Assembly: GCA_964016885.1 (NCBI GenBank) | Contig: OZ024751.1 | Location: 31,248,001 to 31,312,000 of the forward strand | Length of the DNA stretch: 64,000 nt | From: Eledone cirrhosa | Lineage: Eukaryota | Reading direction: 5' to 3' | Part shown: piece by piece, positions 63,347-64,000 of the stretch | How the letters are laid out: every line of letters starts with the position of its first letter | How positions within the stretch are numbered: position 1 is the stretch's first letter | Notes under the pieces: generated by a model | Databases searched by the model: none | Seen by the model: the letters and a program-made list of their open reading frames with translations, nothing else | Told to the model about the DNA's origin: nothing | Made by a program: the position numbers and the translations under genes

Positions 63347-63399
<53 letters not shown>

Positions 63400-63767
63400 T
63401 ATATATATATACCATATATGTGTGTGTGAGTGTATATATATGTATATGTTTGAGTTCTGCTTCATCTTCCTCCCCTTATATCATTCTCATAACATCGAAA
63501 CTGACACCAAAGCAGCTATTTCAAACATCTTTACACTCCAATAAAGAAACATAAAGAGATAGGTCTTTATCAAATGACATAATGTATTGAGATTGATATT
63601 GTTGTAGTTGTTGTTGGAGGTGGTGGTGATGCTGTTATTGTTGTTGTTGATGATATTGTTGGTGTTGTTGTTGCTATGTAGATAAATCATTTTAATAATG
63701 TTACATTTTATAGGCAGTTCAAGATTTCACATTTGAATGCTTATGTGTGTATGTATATATATAAGTA

Positions 63768-63826
<59 letters not shown>

Positions 63827-63847
63827 TCATCATCATCATCATCATTT

Positions 63848-63878
<31 letters not shown>

Positions 63879-64000
63879 ATATGTATATATATTGGTAAAC
63901 TATTTTTCACTGTGAACAATTTGTCAGCATTTTCTATTCCGTTTACCAATATATAATAACTTGTGTGTTACACCTCTATTCTTTTAACTATATATATATA

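Larger units (their letters stand above)
62967..63349. mobile_element. Penelope-like pseudo-LTR pair in inverted orientation
   Basis: About 85-bp inverted arms 63047-63131 / 63265-63349, each with a complete hammerhead; flanked by (TA)n. Confidence 0.8.

Overview
Eukaryotic, extremely repeat-rich DNA. The (TA/CA)n expansions, RTE LINEs with (GAT)n tails and tRNA-derived SINEs suggest a coleoid cephalopod such as octopus (inference). Nearly all ORFs in the track are artefacts of micro- and minisatellites. Only one host coding exon is convincing: a minus-strand first coding exon (57832-59070) of a multi-PDZ protein with an 11-aa acidic repeat. The rest is satellites plus fragments of RTE, RTE-X, CR1, Dong/R4, SINE, hAT, Tc1, piggyBac and Helitron elements. 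The main signal is about 10 type I hammerhead ribozyme motifs, folded by eye, in at least 5 structural classes, plus several decayed or half copies. They sit in short ORF-less Penelope pseudo-LTR/retrozyme-like units, most embedded in (TA)n and often in inverted arrangements. Three of them share a covarying stem II with a conserved C-C mismatch, and one has a stem II insert of about 85 nt.
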